64,000 nucleotides of DNA, from contig CM041465.1 of assembly GCA_023213395.1 (NCBI GenBank), forward strand, positions 155,751,741 through 155,815,740, written 5' to 3'. Below, one piece after another: positions 24,800 through 53,908 of the stretch (its first letter is position 1; the number at the start of each line of letters is the position of its first letter). Origin of the DNA: Cycas panzhihuaensis. Its lineage: Eukaryota > Plantae > Cycadophyta. The notes under the pieces are model-generated. The model was given only the letters and a program-made list of their open reading frames with translations. It made no database searches and was not told where the DNA came from. A program made the position numbers and the translations under genes.

Positions 24800-27700
24800 G
24801 CGAGTCGACTTAGGTAAGTATAGGTACGCTTCTATCCCTTACTATTATCAGTTCTAAGAAAGGTTGATTAAAGCATTACATTTACATCACATGATGATTA
24901 GTTCATTACATAACCACTATTCACCCGTTGCTTGATTGCATTGCATCTCAACACTTTTTAGCCAATGACGATCTAGGGATGTGTATCCCATGGCACTCCA
25001 CAACTCTCCCCTGTGTCTCCATGATGTTCCCAAGTACCACCTGGCTTCCGTAGCCCAACTACATAACCCATCAACGCACCTTGACCCCTAGTACCTCGCA
25101 TAGGCTTGGTTGGCATCTCTTTGCCTATTTGGCAACTTTTTGGGAGCTTCTCGCATTTGGTATTCGTCTGTCATAGGTTCCTTTAGTCCCATAGCTGTTT
25201 CTTACCACCTAGACGGAGCACCATGCCCTTTCAAGCCTGAATTCCCCCTTTTTTTGAGCTTCCAAGCTTCTCTCTTTTTTATTTTCGCCTATGTCTCTAT
25301 TGCACCACGATGAAGATCATAGTACTATTGTAAACTTCGCGATGCACAAAGTTTCATCAGTAGGTGTTATCACAATTTATTTTTTAAAATCTGCCACGGT
25401 TAATTTTGCATTTATTACGAAATAACCACGTAGCAGTGACTTATTCTCAGCCCAGGCCAAACCCTAATCGCTCAATTGAGCTAGGGTTGGGTTTAAAAAC
25501 CCCAAAACAACTTCATTTCACCTCTTCCTGCTCTCTCTTACTCACTTCTTTATATTATTCTCTCCAGAAACGCCCTACAACAAGACAAGTTTGCCATATC
25601 AACTTTTCAGCCAACTTGTAGCCCTCTGCAGCTCCAGATCCGCAACAACAGGCCTGCAATTTGGCCAGCTAAGGGAAGGACACACCCTAAGTACTTCATA
25701 AAGTGCAGATCTTTTATCTCACTCCAGGATTCTCCCAGTTTGCTGCTCCTTTGGGGTTTCACCTGTAAACCCCATAGGGTTGGCCTCTTTCTCTCATTCC
25801 TTAGGTAGATCTACCCCTGATCTACCCACAGTATATACTTCTAAGCTTTTATTTTGCTCTTCCTTCTTTTAAAACATTGCAAAAGTTATTTGTTATATCT
25901 TTACAATACTTTTCTCTCTAATTTTCTTATTGTAAACAAGAGGCAAACCCTCCATTCCTTGCTTGTTCCCTATTTCCTTCAAGCTCTTCCCTAGTTTCTC
26001 CAAGGAGGCAGTAAGGAAGAGGCTTTCACGGAGAGTGAAAGGAGCAAAGGCAAGGTTATGTACCCAATAAACCTTCTCCTCAAGGGCATCCCCCTTCTCT
26101 CCCAACCTCTTCCTTCTCTGTGCTTCCCTTGGATTTCTAAAGAGCTATTGGAAAGGAGGTTGCTATTGGCAGCAGCGTACACAGCCCATTGTTGCACTTG
26201 CTCTCAGCCTTACAAACCCTACACAAGTAGGATTTTATCCCCATACCACACCCAACTTGTTTCTTAGTGTTAGGCTTGGTTGAGGTTACAAAAGTTGCAC
26301 TTTGTGACTTTTGCAACATTGACAATAAACACAATTTCGCCCATAACCTGTTACTTGCATCCCAAGTTTATGTCGCATTTGCCTCTCTTCATCACCTTGG
26401 TACTTAGATAGCATGGAGTACTGCAGATTCGAAGGGTTAGCCATTCTGAGGTTAGCTACCCTCTTTCTCCTCTTAGCCTCCTTTTTTCATATTGTTTGTA
26501 AGTTAGCATAAAAAGGAACTAAGAGTGATCTTGTGTTGGAAATATTTCTTTTGGTTAAAATACCATATATCACATTATCCCGCATATTATATTTGTTGCC
26601 CCTTGGGAAAGGGCAAACGTCACTTGATTACAGGTTTTTGTCTTGTCGCGCGTGGAGAGGAAGAAGGGAATCCCGATCCAAGTATGCCCCCACCTTTCCA
26701 ACCATTATTTCTTTTTGGGTCTTTAAGTTGCAAGGTATAACGGTAATTACTTTTGCTTTTTTCCCTTCTTGCAAAAGTTTCTTTCTCTTTTTCGTTTCCT
26801 TTCAACTTGGGGGAAGGTAAGGGAGCCCCCACCCCTCTTCGCCGGCACCATTCCATTGCGCCACTCGTGGTTGGGGTAGAACGAGCAAAGCCAGCACAAC
26901 AAAGGTAGCACTACTATCAGTCGCCTAATTCCAGGTACAACTTCTACTTCCCTTAATCCTCCTCTCCTCGCTTTCTTCCTTTCACCCACATGTCATTTAA
27001 GAAAAAGGAAAAGAGGAAGAACTAGTTTAGGTTATTTGCACTTAACTAGTTTCCCTGCTTGCTTGATAAAGCATATGGAACTAGAATCCTACACATTTAC
27101 ATGCCTACTTGGTTGCATTGCTTATTGAACTTGCATCTTTTACATATATCTCGCATTATATAGCTACCTTGTTATCTCTCTTTTTTTTTGTGTTAAAGGA
27201 TAATGAGAGCAAGGATATATGTGTGAGAAACAAACGAGTGGGAATTTCATACTATTTTTCTTTTCTTGTTTGGAAAGAACTTCCTTACATATAAAGATAC
27301 TTTGTCATATGCATAACATCTCCACTACATCACTTTGTATAGCAACCCACTTATACAAACATTCAAACATTTCCATTATCAATTCATATCCCTAAGACCC
27401 TCTTAGGTTTAGCACCTTAAGGGCATCCTCCTTTCAAGGCCCCCCTTTTCTTTAACCCTTTGTTCCACCCACTTTGGTTAGATCACCTTAGTGTGGCCTT
27501 TAGGTCAATTCCGCACCTGTGAGATTAGTCGTCCTCCTAATCCCTCACGAGTGCATGCCATTCTTCTTCTCTACCTAAATCCACCTCCTTCATACCCCCT
27601 TTTTCTGTGCCAGAAGCCATCCTCGCACTTATCTTTTCCTCCCTCCTTCAGCCACCTAAGGGTGGGAGGGCCCTTCTCTTTGAGGTTACTCAGGAAGCTA

Positions 27701-27830
27701 AGGATATCCCTTGTATACTCATCACTCTTAATCAAGGTATAGTTACCTCAAAGGAAGTTCGCGCACCATTTGCAGGTCCTGAGCCTATGTTCTGACGCAC
27801 GGACGCCCTTTGTGGGTGATTCTTTCACTT
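24800..27830. repeat. Unclassified non-coding, relatively CpG-retaining block, possibly a large LTR
   Basis: No recognisable protein in any frame. AAACCCTAA..TAGGGTT hairpin at ~25459-25488 and an LTR-like end TTCTTTCA at 27827. The left end and TSD were not found. Confidence 0.3.
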
Positions 27831-29599
27831 ACCTCATAAGATCCTTAGCCTTGGAATCTCTTATTATTTGTTTGATCTTATCCAAGTGTAGTTACCTACT
27901 CCCCCCCCCCCCCCCCGAGAGGTGTGATTCCACATAGTTATAAAGATGTAACTTTTGAGAACTAAGATGTGGAATATGCTAAAAAATGAAGAGCATATCT
28001 TGCTTAAAATCCTAAACATAAAGTATGAGTTTTGCAAGAATGCTTTTAAATAATAATATAAAGTATTAGAATAAAAATAATAAAAAATAGGAAAGATCAA
28101 AATATTTAACCAATAACTAGTTTTTAAAACTAACATTACAAAGCTATATATATTTAAAGTTGGCATATTAAAACCTAACAAAAGTAGTGAACTCAAGAAT
28201 AAATTGAAACCTTAAACATATTACTATATAATATTCTTTCTTAGTTTGTTATCATAATAACTATTTAGAAAATAATTGTTTTATTTATTCTCTATATTAA
28301 AAAAAAAAGATCTCTATCATAGTCCTTATGGGCTAGAGATTAACATTTTGGCTTAATAATCAAAGTCATCAATTTACTTTTAAGGATCCTTCAAGTTACT
28401 TTTAAGGACCCTTTTCAAAACCTTATGGAAAACTAGTGAAGAGTCAATAATATAGATAAATAAGAAGATAGTTCCCTTATAGAATGATATAAATGAATGG
28501 TGTGCTTTGATACTATTGTTTCCATTTTATGCTAAAATCAATTGTTGCATCCTAAAAGCCAAAATAAAATCTAGATAATTGGGATAAGGGTAACAAGGGT
28601 CTAAATTCAATTCTAGACTAAACCTATTTTTTCCCCCACTAAAGATGGAGCACTCACAAATATAATTTATTAGTGCTCAGAAATGTCTATTAATGGAACT
28701 CTACCCCTCTTAATTGGTAGTGCTTTATTTTTTTTAAATTTCATGCATGTATAGGAAAAACCCTTTAAAGTTGCAATAAATAAAAGTTCTTAGAAAGTTG
28801 GTTTAGTTTTGTTTTCAATTTTTTTTTTTCCTTTGAAGAAATATAATACCATTATGCCATGATTCATGCAAAGTTGTTATGATATACTTGGCCCATGACA
28901 TATCTAATTATTTTAAAGGCATCTTGAAATATGAGATACCGTTTCCAAACATTGTAGGGGGTAGGATCATTCTAGTCATAAATAATCTATGTTTTGGCTT
29001 GATTTGACATAAATCACCTTCTTTTGCCATAGATTATGAATGATTTCCAGTCTATTTTACCTTTGATTAATGCTTAATCCTTGGTGCTTATTTGTGGAGG
29101 TAAGTGCATATGTCAATTTTCCTTCATTTATGTGCGCACATAAAATGCATTTGATTGGTTACACTTTTAAAACGACTAAGCTTTATGGGTTATTGTTTAT
29201 TCTGTTTTTCTTTTTTTTTTAAATGAACAATTTTGAAAAAAAAAGATTTCAAGAGTGAAAACTTTGATAATTTTTTATTTACCCTTTTCTGATCAATAAC
29301 TCCAAAATTATGTTTTACACACTGGGACGACTTTAGGAATTACATTTTTCACCAACATTAGAATAGGTTCTTACATTCTTATGAGCTTTTGAAACTAATC
29401 GCCTCAAAACTATTGCTTATGCCCGTGGGAATTTGACATGTCTGTAACGGTTCAAGTGGAAAGTCAAATTTTTAAATTCATACAAATTTTTTATAAAAAA
29501 TAAAGGCCAAAATTTGAAAATAATTTATTGCCAATTTAATGTCGCTTGTGACGAAGTACCGTCGTTACTCTTTTATTTAATATGCTCGTTTCATCGAAA

Positions 29600-30411
29600 C
29601 ATAATACAAGACCCACGCGGCAGAAACTGAACGGAAGTTTCTAATAATAGAACTGACGTTATGACCTTCGATGTGCTTTCTCAGTCATCGTCCACGCCAC
29701 GCGAGAACGCGTGGGGTGCAAGTTAAACCGGAGTCAACACTTTGAAAACCATGGGTTATGCAAGAAGGGCCTTAAGCAGGATGCTCCGACCCAATGGTTG
29801 CCGTGCTCCCTACGCCGTTGGATTAGGTGCACCGAGTCAGACAGGGGGACGTGGGGAATATGCTGTGCTCTGTCTTTATTAAAATCGGCGCACCGGTCGT
29901 AAATGAGACCAATCTGACGCCTGCCGTGCTGTCCATTCGTCGACGGGGGGCAAACACGGCGTCAGATTGGCCGAGTTTGGGCCCACTCTGCGCAACCTGT
30001 GGGTTGCCCCATGGAATATTGCATGAATGGCGGGGCCGAGGAGTTCCCGTGGGTCCCCCCCCGTGGAGTCCACAAAATCCAGAGCGAAGCATAAAACAAG
30101 GGAACAACGTTGCTAAATTTAGCGCCAGTTTGTGGACGTCAACTTTGGCGTGGCCAGACCATCTCCGAGCAGTTAGTTAGTCGGAATAAAACTGGGCCAA
30201 ACTTTCTAGCGAATATTTTTATTATTATTATCATAGCGGAACGAGTCCGAGAGTCGTAATAATCAGAGGATACAAGGACGCGCAGATCTGTGGGCTAATT
30301 AAGCACGGATTTAGGATTTCTCTCCGGGAGGCTTTCCGAGGGTCCATAGCGGGTTGGCCGTGTTGGCGAGGCCACTATTTAAGGGGACGTTGTGGATAAG
30401 ACGAGACTGTA
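29600..30411 (+). promoter_or_regulatory. GC/CpG-rich proximal promoter of AlaAT with TATA-like box and site II elements
   Basis: TATTTAA at 30376-30382; TGGGCY at 29978, 30193 and 30291; AAACCA at 29746. CpG is abundant compared with the flanking repeats. Confidence 0.6.
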
Positions 30412-45622
<15,211 letters not shown>

Positions 45623-48600
45623 ACATGTTTGAAACCAGGCTTTGCTTGACCTTAAATGGCACTACTTCCACAAAATCCTTGTGAAAGTGTAAAGAGTTTA
45701 TGAGCTTGGTCCCTCCCTTTATTTATTGGATGCTGCTTTCAATTAATAAGCTTCTACACCAGTCTTATTGTTTTTCGGGAAAACAGCTTTGGACATCAAG
45801 TTATTGTTTTCTGATCGGTTCTATTATTTATTACACATGCACAAGAGAATAGATTGGTGTTTACGGCAATTTCAGCTAATGATTAAATAGAATTTTTGAT
45901 TATATTGGCAAGTCACGTGAATACAAGTTGATGTTTTGGGTATGACAACTGCATGTCTGATCAGTGCGAGGGCAAATATTGGAATTTTTTTGGGTCTGTG
46001 CTACAAAGCACCGAAGGATAAGAACAATGGAGTAAACTTTGTGTTTTGGTGTATATGGGAATAGCATATTGATAATAATCTCTAATTGTGTGGTTATTTT
46101 GCAAGAAATATGATGAATCATCCACTACTTGGTATCTGGCAGGTTATGGAAGGAATACAAGAGACAAACAAGATTAGCTTCAATCCAATAAATAAATTAT
46201 TCTTTCTTGTGTGTAATATCTTGTATTTTATTGATTTATATTGAGATTTTTTTGTGCATAAAATTATAGTATAAATCTCAATGGTGAAGCCTATATTTTA
46301 TCATATTGATTTCACATCTGCCGCTCGTATTGTAGAATCTATATATCTAGAAAAAATGTCAGTGTTGATACTTTAGTATATAATAAAATATAATTTTATG
46401 TTATATTAGCGGTGCTGGGTGTTTTTATTCTATTGCAATGTTCACATGTAGGGGACGCAATCTTTGCGAGGTACTCTCATAGCGAATATTGTTAATGAAA
46501 TGTTAGTGTAAGCAATGTAAATGTTTGGAATGACGCGACAAAATAAATAATGTGTGCAAAAAGTGGCATTGTTACTTTTGGAGTGGGATTTATCACAAAG
46601 TGTTGCGTGAGCATTCCACATTCAACTAAGGATTATCACATTGTGCTTCATACCACTTGGCATTCACCTAGGGATTTTCCATGGTTAGTAATTATATTTG
46701 TCATTTCTGTTTTGGATTTATTTATAATCATTTCTCTGGCTTTCTATGTGCAAGCCAGTAATTGTTGTTAAAGGTAAGTATATGTAGAGCAACAATATCC
46801 AATAGATAAATGTAGCTATGGTATGCATTCTATGTAGGGTTTTATTGTGTTTGAGGTAGTCCACCATGGTGAGTTCCATAGTGGAGAGTCAAGTTAGGCT
46901 TTGTGTACACCACCATGGGAGGTTCAATTAGCCATGTTGAACAAAATGATTTTTGTGCCTTTCCCATCATAATAGTTTGCATCTAGAGTGGAGGAAATTG
47001 GTTAGGAGGTTGGAAAATTAGCCAGCATTAGGTTTATTGGTTCTATTGTAATATGGATTAGCATATCTACTACTGTGGGGCTTGTTGCGTTGCGTGCATT
47101 GGTGGGATGGCACACTACATCTAGATAATTAGGAGGATAACATGAAGCACCAAACATTGATTTTGTTGCTATATAGTAATAATTTGGGCATTCAAAGGTG
47201 GTTATGCATGGCTTTGCATGTGCTCGTACTTTTGGCATAATGATTGGTGCAAATTTCAATGGACTGTGTAGGAGCCTTCCTAATTGATGCATGCAATTGT
47301 GTTGATTCATCCTTATTGATAGAAAACAAAGGCAATTGCAACATGAGAAGGTCATGATAACAAGACATGTATAGCAAATGCAAGGGTTGATGGGTGTCGC
47401 AACAATGTTTAGAACTTGTGGAGATGCCAAAAGCCCAATTAACCTATAGTGGGGTGACTTAATTGCTATCAAGGCCAATGGAGAGATTGTGAGAAATCTT
47501 TAAGTGGAAATCAATAGACATTGCAAGATGTTAATATGTTATTTTGAAAAATGAGACTAACACTAGAATAGATTGATTAATCATTAAAGTTTTTTGCATT
47601 AATTGGTTCCCTTCAAAATTGATTATTGCAACAAGATTTGATGAAGTCTAAGATGGAACTTTGGGTTAGTAGTTGTATGTGTAACATGCACCAGTGTTGA
47701 GGAAGGTAGAGTGGAGTAGTAGTAGTAGTTTTCAAAGTAAAGCCACAAACACTAGTTGGGTTGTAACATCACCATGTACACCTCCTCCTCTCGTGCCCTT
47801 CCTAGATAGTATGGTGTCTATATAACAAGGATGATGCCACTTTGCACATACTTAGTTTCAATGAAAGTGGTGACTTCAATGGCCATTTGTTCATTTGTAG
47901 TGGAATTTGGAAAGTGAAAAAAGATTATCAATGAGAGAGAATTATCTGATAGGTTTGGTGTCATTTAGTAAGGTTTGGCCATGGTTTTGCACAACATAAT
48001 TAAGTTTTGAGGGGTGGAATGGCACCTTAAGAACAAGTTGTGAACCACTTTATGTGTGGTCACAATGATGCCATTGTAATGCATAGTTTGAGTACACAAT
48101 TTAATGAAAGTCTTTTGAGTGGGTGAAAGGTGGTTTTGATAGTATTAGTCTTAAGCTTGAAGTTGTGGGTAAGGCTCTTAATAGCCATATCGGTAACTCC
48201 TAATAGAATAATAAAGGCCTTAGATCCCTAGCTATTTGATAGAAGGCTTTTAATAGGTGGTGCATATATGATGAGATGACTACACACAAATTCCCAGTGT
48301 AGGTTTTGTATATATGCTAAGTCAACTCAGGGCGGGTCTATAATATAGGCGATAATATATAAAATCAATTTGCTTGATGGATCTATGCACAAATTCACAA
48401 CATCAACTTAACTTTCACATATCAATATTTGTTCATTGACTCAATAAAAGTAATGTTTGTGTTGTTTGCCATTTATAGATAGATCGATATATGTACTTGG
48501 TGTAGAGACAATGGATAGATGTTTGGTGTGTAGGCAAGTGTTTAGATCGAAAAGATTAATCACTTTCTTGAGATTGATACACACACACACAGACACACAT

Positions 48601-50444
48601 GTATGAATGTATATATATATCAATATATATGTATATAATTTTGTGCAAGATTGTTCACTATTTCCTTGATTGATATATGTGTCATCACTATTCCTAAGAT
48701 GTAAATACAAAAATAATGTGGTAGATTAGTCACTATCTTATCAAATTGTGGGAATGAATAAGAAGCTGTAATGAGGTAGAGATGGAAAGGATCAATGATG
48801 GTGATGCAAATATAGGTTGGTTATGAAGGAAACATGAAATCATAATATATGTTGACAAATGAATGAAGTTGAGAGTGTGTAGTAAAATAGTAATGCAAAG
48901 AAATAAAGGAGTTAAAGACATGAGAAACAATAAATCAAATTGCTTGTGAGGTGTGCAAGATGCTTTTGGTAAGAGTTATTTATTTCTTGAATGTTTTTTT
49001 TTTTCAAGGCAAGATTGTGGCTTTCATACCACTCGAGGTGATTTAGGTTGGTCACGTTTGTACGCAGGAAACGAGTTGGTCAAGGACTTTAATATTTGAA
49101 GATATAATTGATTAATATTAAATGATGGATGTGTTTTAACAATTGTCATATATATATATATATATATAATTCATTATCTTCTTTCATAAATAACTATGAA
49201 TGTTAATTTTTTAATTAGGCTCACTACAATTGCTATGGTTATTAAGAGCCTTAGATCCAAGGCACAAATCCATAATAAATGTTACATAAATGGGATCCTT
49301 ATAAGTTTTTTTTAAGTTCTTTTTCTTTTTTTAAATTGATGTTTATTTGTTTTTCTTTAGCTTGATGTTTTATTTTTTTAATGATTTTGTTTTTTAGCTT
49401 TGATTATTTTTTTTTAGTGATTTTGTTTTTGATAAAAAGGGCCATCCACTTTATATGTGCTCCACTATTCTAGTATGATCATTAGTGGATTCCAGACTAT
49501 TGGTTTTACTTCGCATAGTGAAAGAAAGTAGATTTCCATTATTATTTAGCGTAAGGAAGGAAAGGCATCGGCCAATCTTATTAGCACAATGACGGTTTGC
49601 ATTGCCATAAAATAGCCATACATCTACCCTATCTTCAAGTTATGCTGTATATACATACACACTATGAGCCCCAACACTATTGGGAAGAGTGTAGTGGTCG
49701 GCCTCTCAAAAGTTTATTCATCAATTCTAGTAGTAGATCTAGTATCTTGCTCGTGTTTTGACCCAAGTGTATACATAATGGATAGTGGGTGGCCCCAATG
49801 CCATGAGAGATGGGCACTAAGTTCTTCATTTCCACTTGACAACATTTTGACAATGAGATATGGAAAAATCTAGGATTAACTCTTAATTGCTCCTTTACTC
49901 CTCCAATGGCACAAAAATTAATGGGGTGTTTTGTTTCTCCTCTATTAGATAAATAAACAACAAAACCCCATATATAGTGTCATTTGATCCAAGGTTTCAC
50001 CTTATGAAATTAATGGGGTCAACCACTATCCACTATGCCTTCACACCTTTCTATTAAAGTACGATTGGGTGGATGTTTACACCACAAGCGGGGGGATATG
50101 AGTGAGATACCAAATCTTGAATAGTGAGTGCATTCTCTTTTATTCAATAGTGTTAAAGATTTTTTTGGCGTAAAGATATGTAAATATATTAGAATGGTGG
50201 CAGGGCCCTTCCATTTGCTATGGAGAGTTTGCTATGGAGAGTAAAACTAATAGTGTGGCATCTACTTTTTTTTACACATAGAAATAGTAGTGTTTCCCCC
50301 CCCTTATTCAAGTGATTAATAGAGGGCATAATCTTACACTTTTGTGATCACGGTGTAGTGAGTAGACAATGTTTACCAAGTTCATCGCTTTAAGTTATCG
50401 CTGGGTAATTCGTTTCCTAAGCATGGTAAGGGGAAGGTTCGTTG

Positions 50445-50520
50445 CAATACTATGCTCTATGATATGATCCCTATAGATACCACAATACTATGCTCTATGA
50501 TATGATCCCTATAGATACCA
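50445..50520 (+). repeat. Perfect 38-bp tandem duplication
   Basis: CAATACTATGCTCTATGATATGATCCCTATAGATACCA occurs twice. Confidence 0.95.
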
Positions 50521-51892
50521 CACTATTAGTTATATTCAACGTAGTGAAGGGAAGGGGTTGGCCAATCTTACTAGCTTAATGATGGTTTGCAGCCTATCTA
50601 CTTCATGGTGGGTGCAATGTGCAATTTCATAACATTAATAATGACTTGTGCCTTCCCTTTCATTATGCTCAAGAAAGGGTTAACTTAGATATTTTGCATG
50701 TTATCTCCTTGTGGGTGTAACTTTGTAACTACACATTCAACTTGGGCATCTAAAATGTTGGTCTAGGAGTATAATGGACCCTTGATTAGATATCTGGGGT
50801 AGAATATAGTACAAAGAGTTGGCCATAGAATAGAATAACATGATGCTCACTAAATAAATGACTGGGGAATAAATAAGGCCACAAATGCATTGAAACACAT
50901 ATCTATAAGTTGGTCTACTTGCATGCCCTACATGAACTTGTCCATGCTATGTGATTAAATAGATTATAGGTGTGTTTGTGGGAGTATGACTAGGCCTAAG
51001 TTTTGCTTGGTTAATTTTTGATTGAGCTGAAGGAAACATTGGCTCATAGTAGAGAAGATGTCATCTAATAGATAATAACTAATCTAATATGTTGATAGTG
51101 CATAATATGGATCTGAACTATTATCTACCTATTCACCCTATTTTAGAATAGTGACAGATCCTTGATAGTGGGATCTATGATTGTGGGCATGTTGCATAGA
51201 CAATTGTTGGCTACTGTCTATGCACTTTGACACATCCACCCTATAGAAGTTTTTTCCATAGTGCCCTATAGTATGATCCTAGTAGATCCCACACCATTAG
51301 TTCCCCTCTACATAATGAAAGGAAGAGATTGTCAAAGAAGTTGGTTTAGAAAAATTTATCACCCACAATAACAAGCAAGTGGAATTAATACAACCCTATG
51401 ATGAAGAGTCTAGCTTGACAGAAGAAAAGGATCAGTTAATGCATGATATTTGAGTTTTGTAGCAAGGACAAATAACTTTAAGGGATTATGTTCATTATTA
51501 TGGATTATGTAGCATGATAAATAGTTGTGGGGCAAATGTAAAGTCTATGAAATTAAGATAGTATACTAGTATAAAGATTATAAGATGGGATAGTCTCATG
51601 AGTGGTTGGTTGTGTAGCAAGAAAGCAAGTGGTAGCTTTAGGGTAGTTTTTATTGTTCTTTTGTAGGTAAGTGATATAGAAGTATCTAAACTTTCATCAT
51701 AACTTTAATCCACTTTTCACCTTTTAGTCTTTTTTCTCTAAATTTTGGGGTCTACTAATCGAAACATACTTTTTTATTTGGTAGTTAGAATTCAATCATT
51801 CTTATGTTGACTCAAAAGTTTATCCGAGTAGAATAGGCCTCCAATTAGGCTCAAAGGCCCCATTGTAGGCATGCAAATTTTTAGTCACAAAG

Positions 51893-52130
51893 TTTTTTTT
51901 TTTTTTTTGGTAAGGTAAAAAGAATTAAAGTGGGTTTGAAAACAGGATCCCACAACCTAGTACATCAAAAGACAAGTAGGTACCAAGACAGGGAAGACCG
52001 TGACATCCCCACGGTATAGGCAAAGAGAAATAAAACGCCGGGACAAGCCCCGCGGCTAGCTATTAGCAGTCATATCCTTCTCCACCAGATCCAGAAGGTC
52101 CCTAGGGAAATCACTTCTCCACACCAAGAT
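51893..52130 (-). mobile_element. 5'-truncated L1-type LINE 3' fragment
   Basis: T16 run (poly-A tail on the minus strand), a CpG-retaining 3' UTR, and a minus-strand ORF end ILVWRSDFPRDLLDLVEKDMTANS*, resembling plant L1 ORF2 C-termini. TSD unclear. Confidence 0.6.
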
Positions 52131-52531
52131 ATTTTAAAAATACCTAAAAGTTGAGATTTAGTTTATATGTTAAAAAAATAGTGAGATTTAATTTATATGT
52201 TTGAAAATAACAATTAATTTTAAAATAGTTTTCAATTTATGTAATAACCTTTAGTGGTCTAATTTTTTAGCAGGACTCAACTTAAAAATGTGGTTTTATT
52301 TAATATTTTAGGTAATTCACAGTTTTTTTTTAAAAGAGTTTTTAGGAGTAAAGTTAAAAGTTTTTAAATTTTCCGCTTTCACTTGTATAAATATGACTTT
52401 AGACTGTCTTTTGACAAATTAAATGGAATGGAAATGGAAGTGAAACGATTCTCTTTATTCTTTCATTTTTCCTTGTTTTATATTTGTACATGTGAGATTG
52501 AATGTTTTTCTTGTAGGTCGTTTTTATTATC

Positions 52532-53908
52532 TAGTATCAGAGTGTGGTTCAACTCTTTAAGGTTGACGAAAAATCACAAAAGTTCGAGGTGTTACAACGA
52601 ATATTTCTTGAAGAAATTTCAGAAGTGGCAAAGTATTCCTGTTGAAAGGGTGACAAAGTGTTCATTGAGGGCTTAAGAGCCTTGTAGAAAGCTTATGAGA
52701 GAAGTTTTAGAATTCAAAGTGGTTAGATAAAAAGAAGAGCAATAAAAAATGGGGAGAATAGGAGGAAGGGTGAATTATGCTAAAATAAACAGAAACGGAT
52801 AAGAGTTGTAGAAGAGAATGAAACAGTCTGTTACTACAGTATTAAGTCAACGACTAAAAAAAAAAAATCAGTGAAGAAGAGGCATTAAGTGAAAATAATG
52901 TAAGATCAAAAAATAGTGAGCCATAAGAATCACAAACAATAGAAAAAATATTTTTAAAAGTGCTTAAAAATAAGAGTGATGAAATCAAGATTGACATTTT
53001 AAACTACCAAAGGAGTTTAAAATTAGAGAAGCTAGTAGATCGGTTAAATGCCATGGCAAAGTTCTTCGAACGGAAGAATATGACTAAAGAAAAAAAAAAG
53101 TGAAGTTTACATGCATGAAGTTGAAAGGGCGTGCAACTATTTGGTGGGATTATTTGCAAAAGAAGAGGGTGAAGAAAGGCAAAAAAGAATCAAAACATTG
53201 ATCAAAATGGTTAAGAAGTTGAAACAAAAGTTTTTACTTGTCGATTATTCTAAGACCCTCTTTCGAATGTTCTATAATTTAAAGTAGGAAGAAATGATAG
53301 TACAAGATTACACAGATGAGTTCTATAATTTTTCTATTTGTATAGAGCATCAAAAGACAAATGAACAAGTCATTGCAAGCTATGCAAACGGTTTAAAGTT
53401 TTCAATTTAGGATGAATTTAACATGCATAGAGTTAAAAATATAGAAGTTTCATATCAATTAACATTAAAGGCAAAAGAGAAGCAAAACAAGCCCTCTGTG
53501 ATGAGAAGTGACCCATCACTTTTGTACAAAGGTAGAGGAGGAATTCCTTATACGAGAGGAGAATCATCTAATAGGATAAAAAAAGAAGAAAGAGAGAGAC
53601 AGGGTACAACGTAAGGAGGAAGAAGAGCTTAAAACCAACCTAGGGGAAAGGGGGTTTCCAAGAGCCCAACAAGGTAAAGGTTTTCGGGGCAGAAGAGGAT
53701 GGAAAAAACCTTTTGTTTATTTCAAATGTGGGGAAAGATACAGAGCATTCAAATACTTTCTCCACTATTTAGAACAATTTCGAAAGTAGGAAGAGCATTC
53801 GAGAATGAACTTGACCCAATATGAAGATGGCAATGGAGGAGTTATAGATGAAGGTGAGAGCTTAATGTTCCGACGAACCTTGATAGCACCAAGATGACAA
53901 CCCATACA
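52532..53908 (+). mobile_element. Ty3/Gypsy (CRM-like) gag remnant with PBS, interrupted by Copia A
   Basis: PBS-like TAGTATCAGAG at 52532. Translation EIKIDI..KVKFTCMKLKGRATIWWDYLQ and GESLMFRRTL, typical of CRM gag. Confidence 0.75.

Noticed and set aside
25110-27795. Cluster of short ORFs as a gene
   Set aside because: They overlap on both strands, and no consistent spliced protein could be assembled.
29711-30180. Overlapping 63-117 aa ORFs upstream of AlaAT
   Set aside because: Expected in GC-rich promoter DNA; no recognisable homology, and they lie upstream of the TATA box.
47002-47478. 158-aa minus-strand ORF as a gene or transposase
   Set aside because: No recognisable motif in any frame; it lies within decayed repeat-like DNA.
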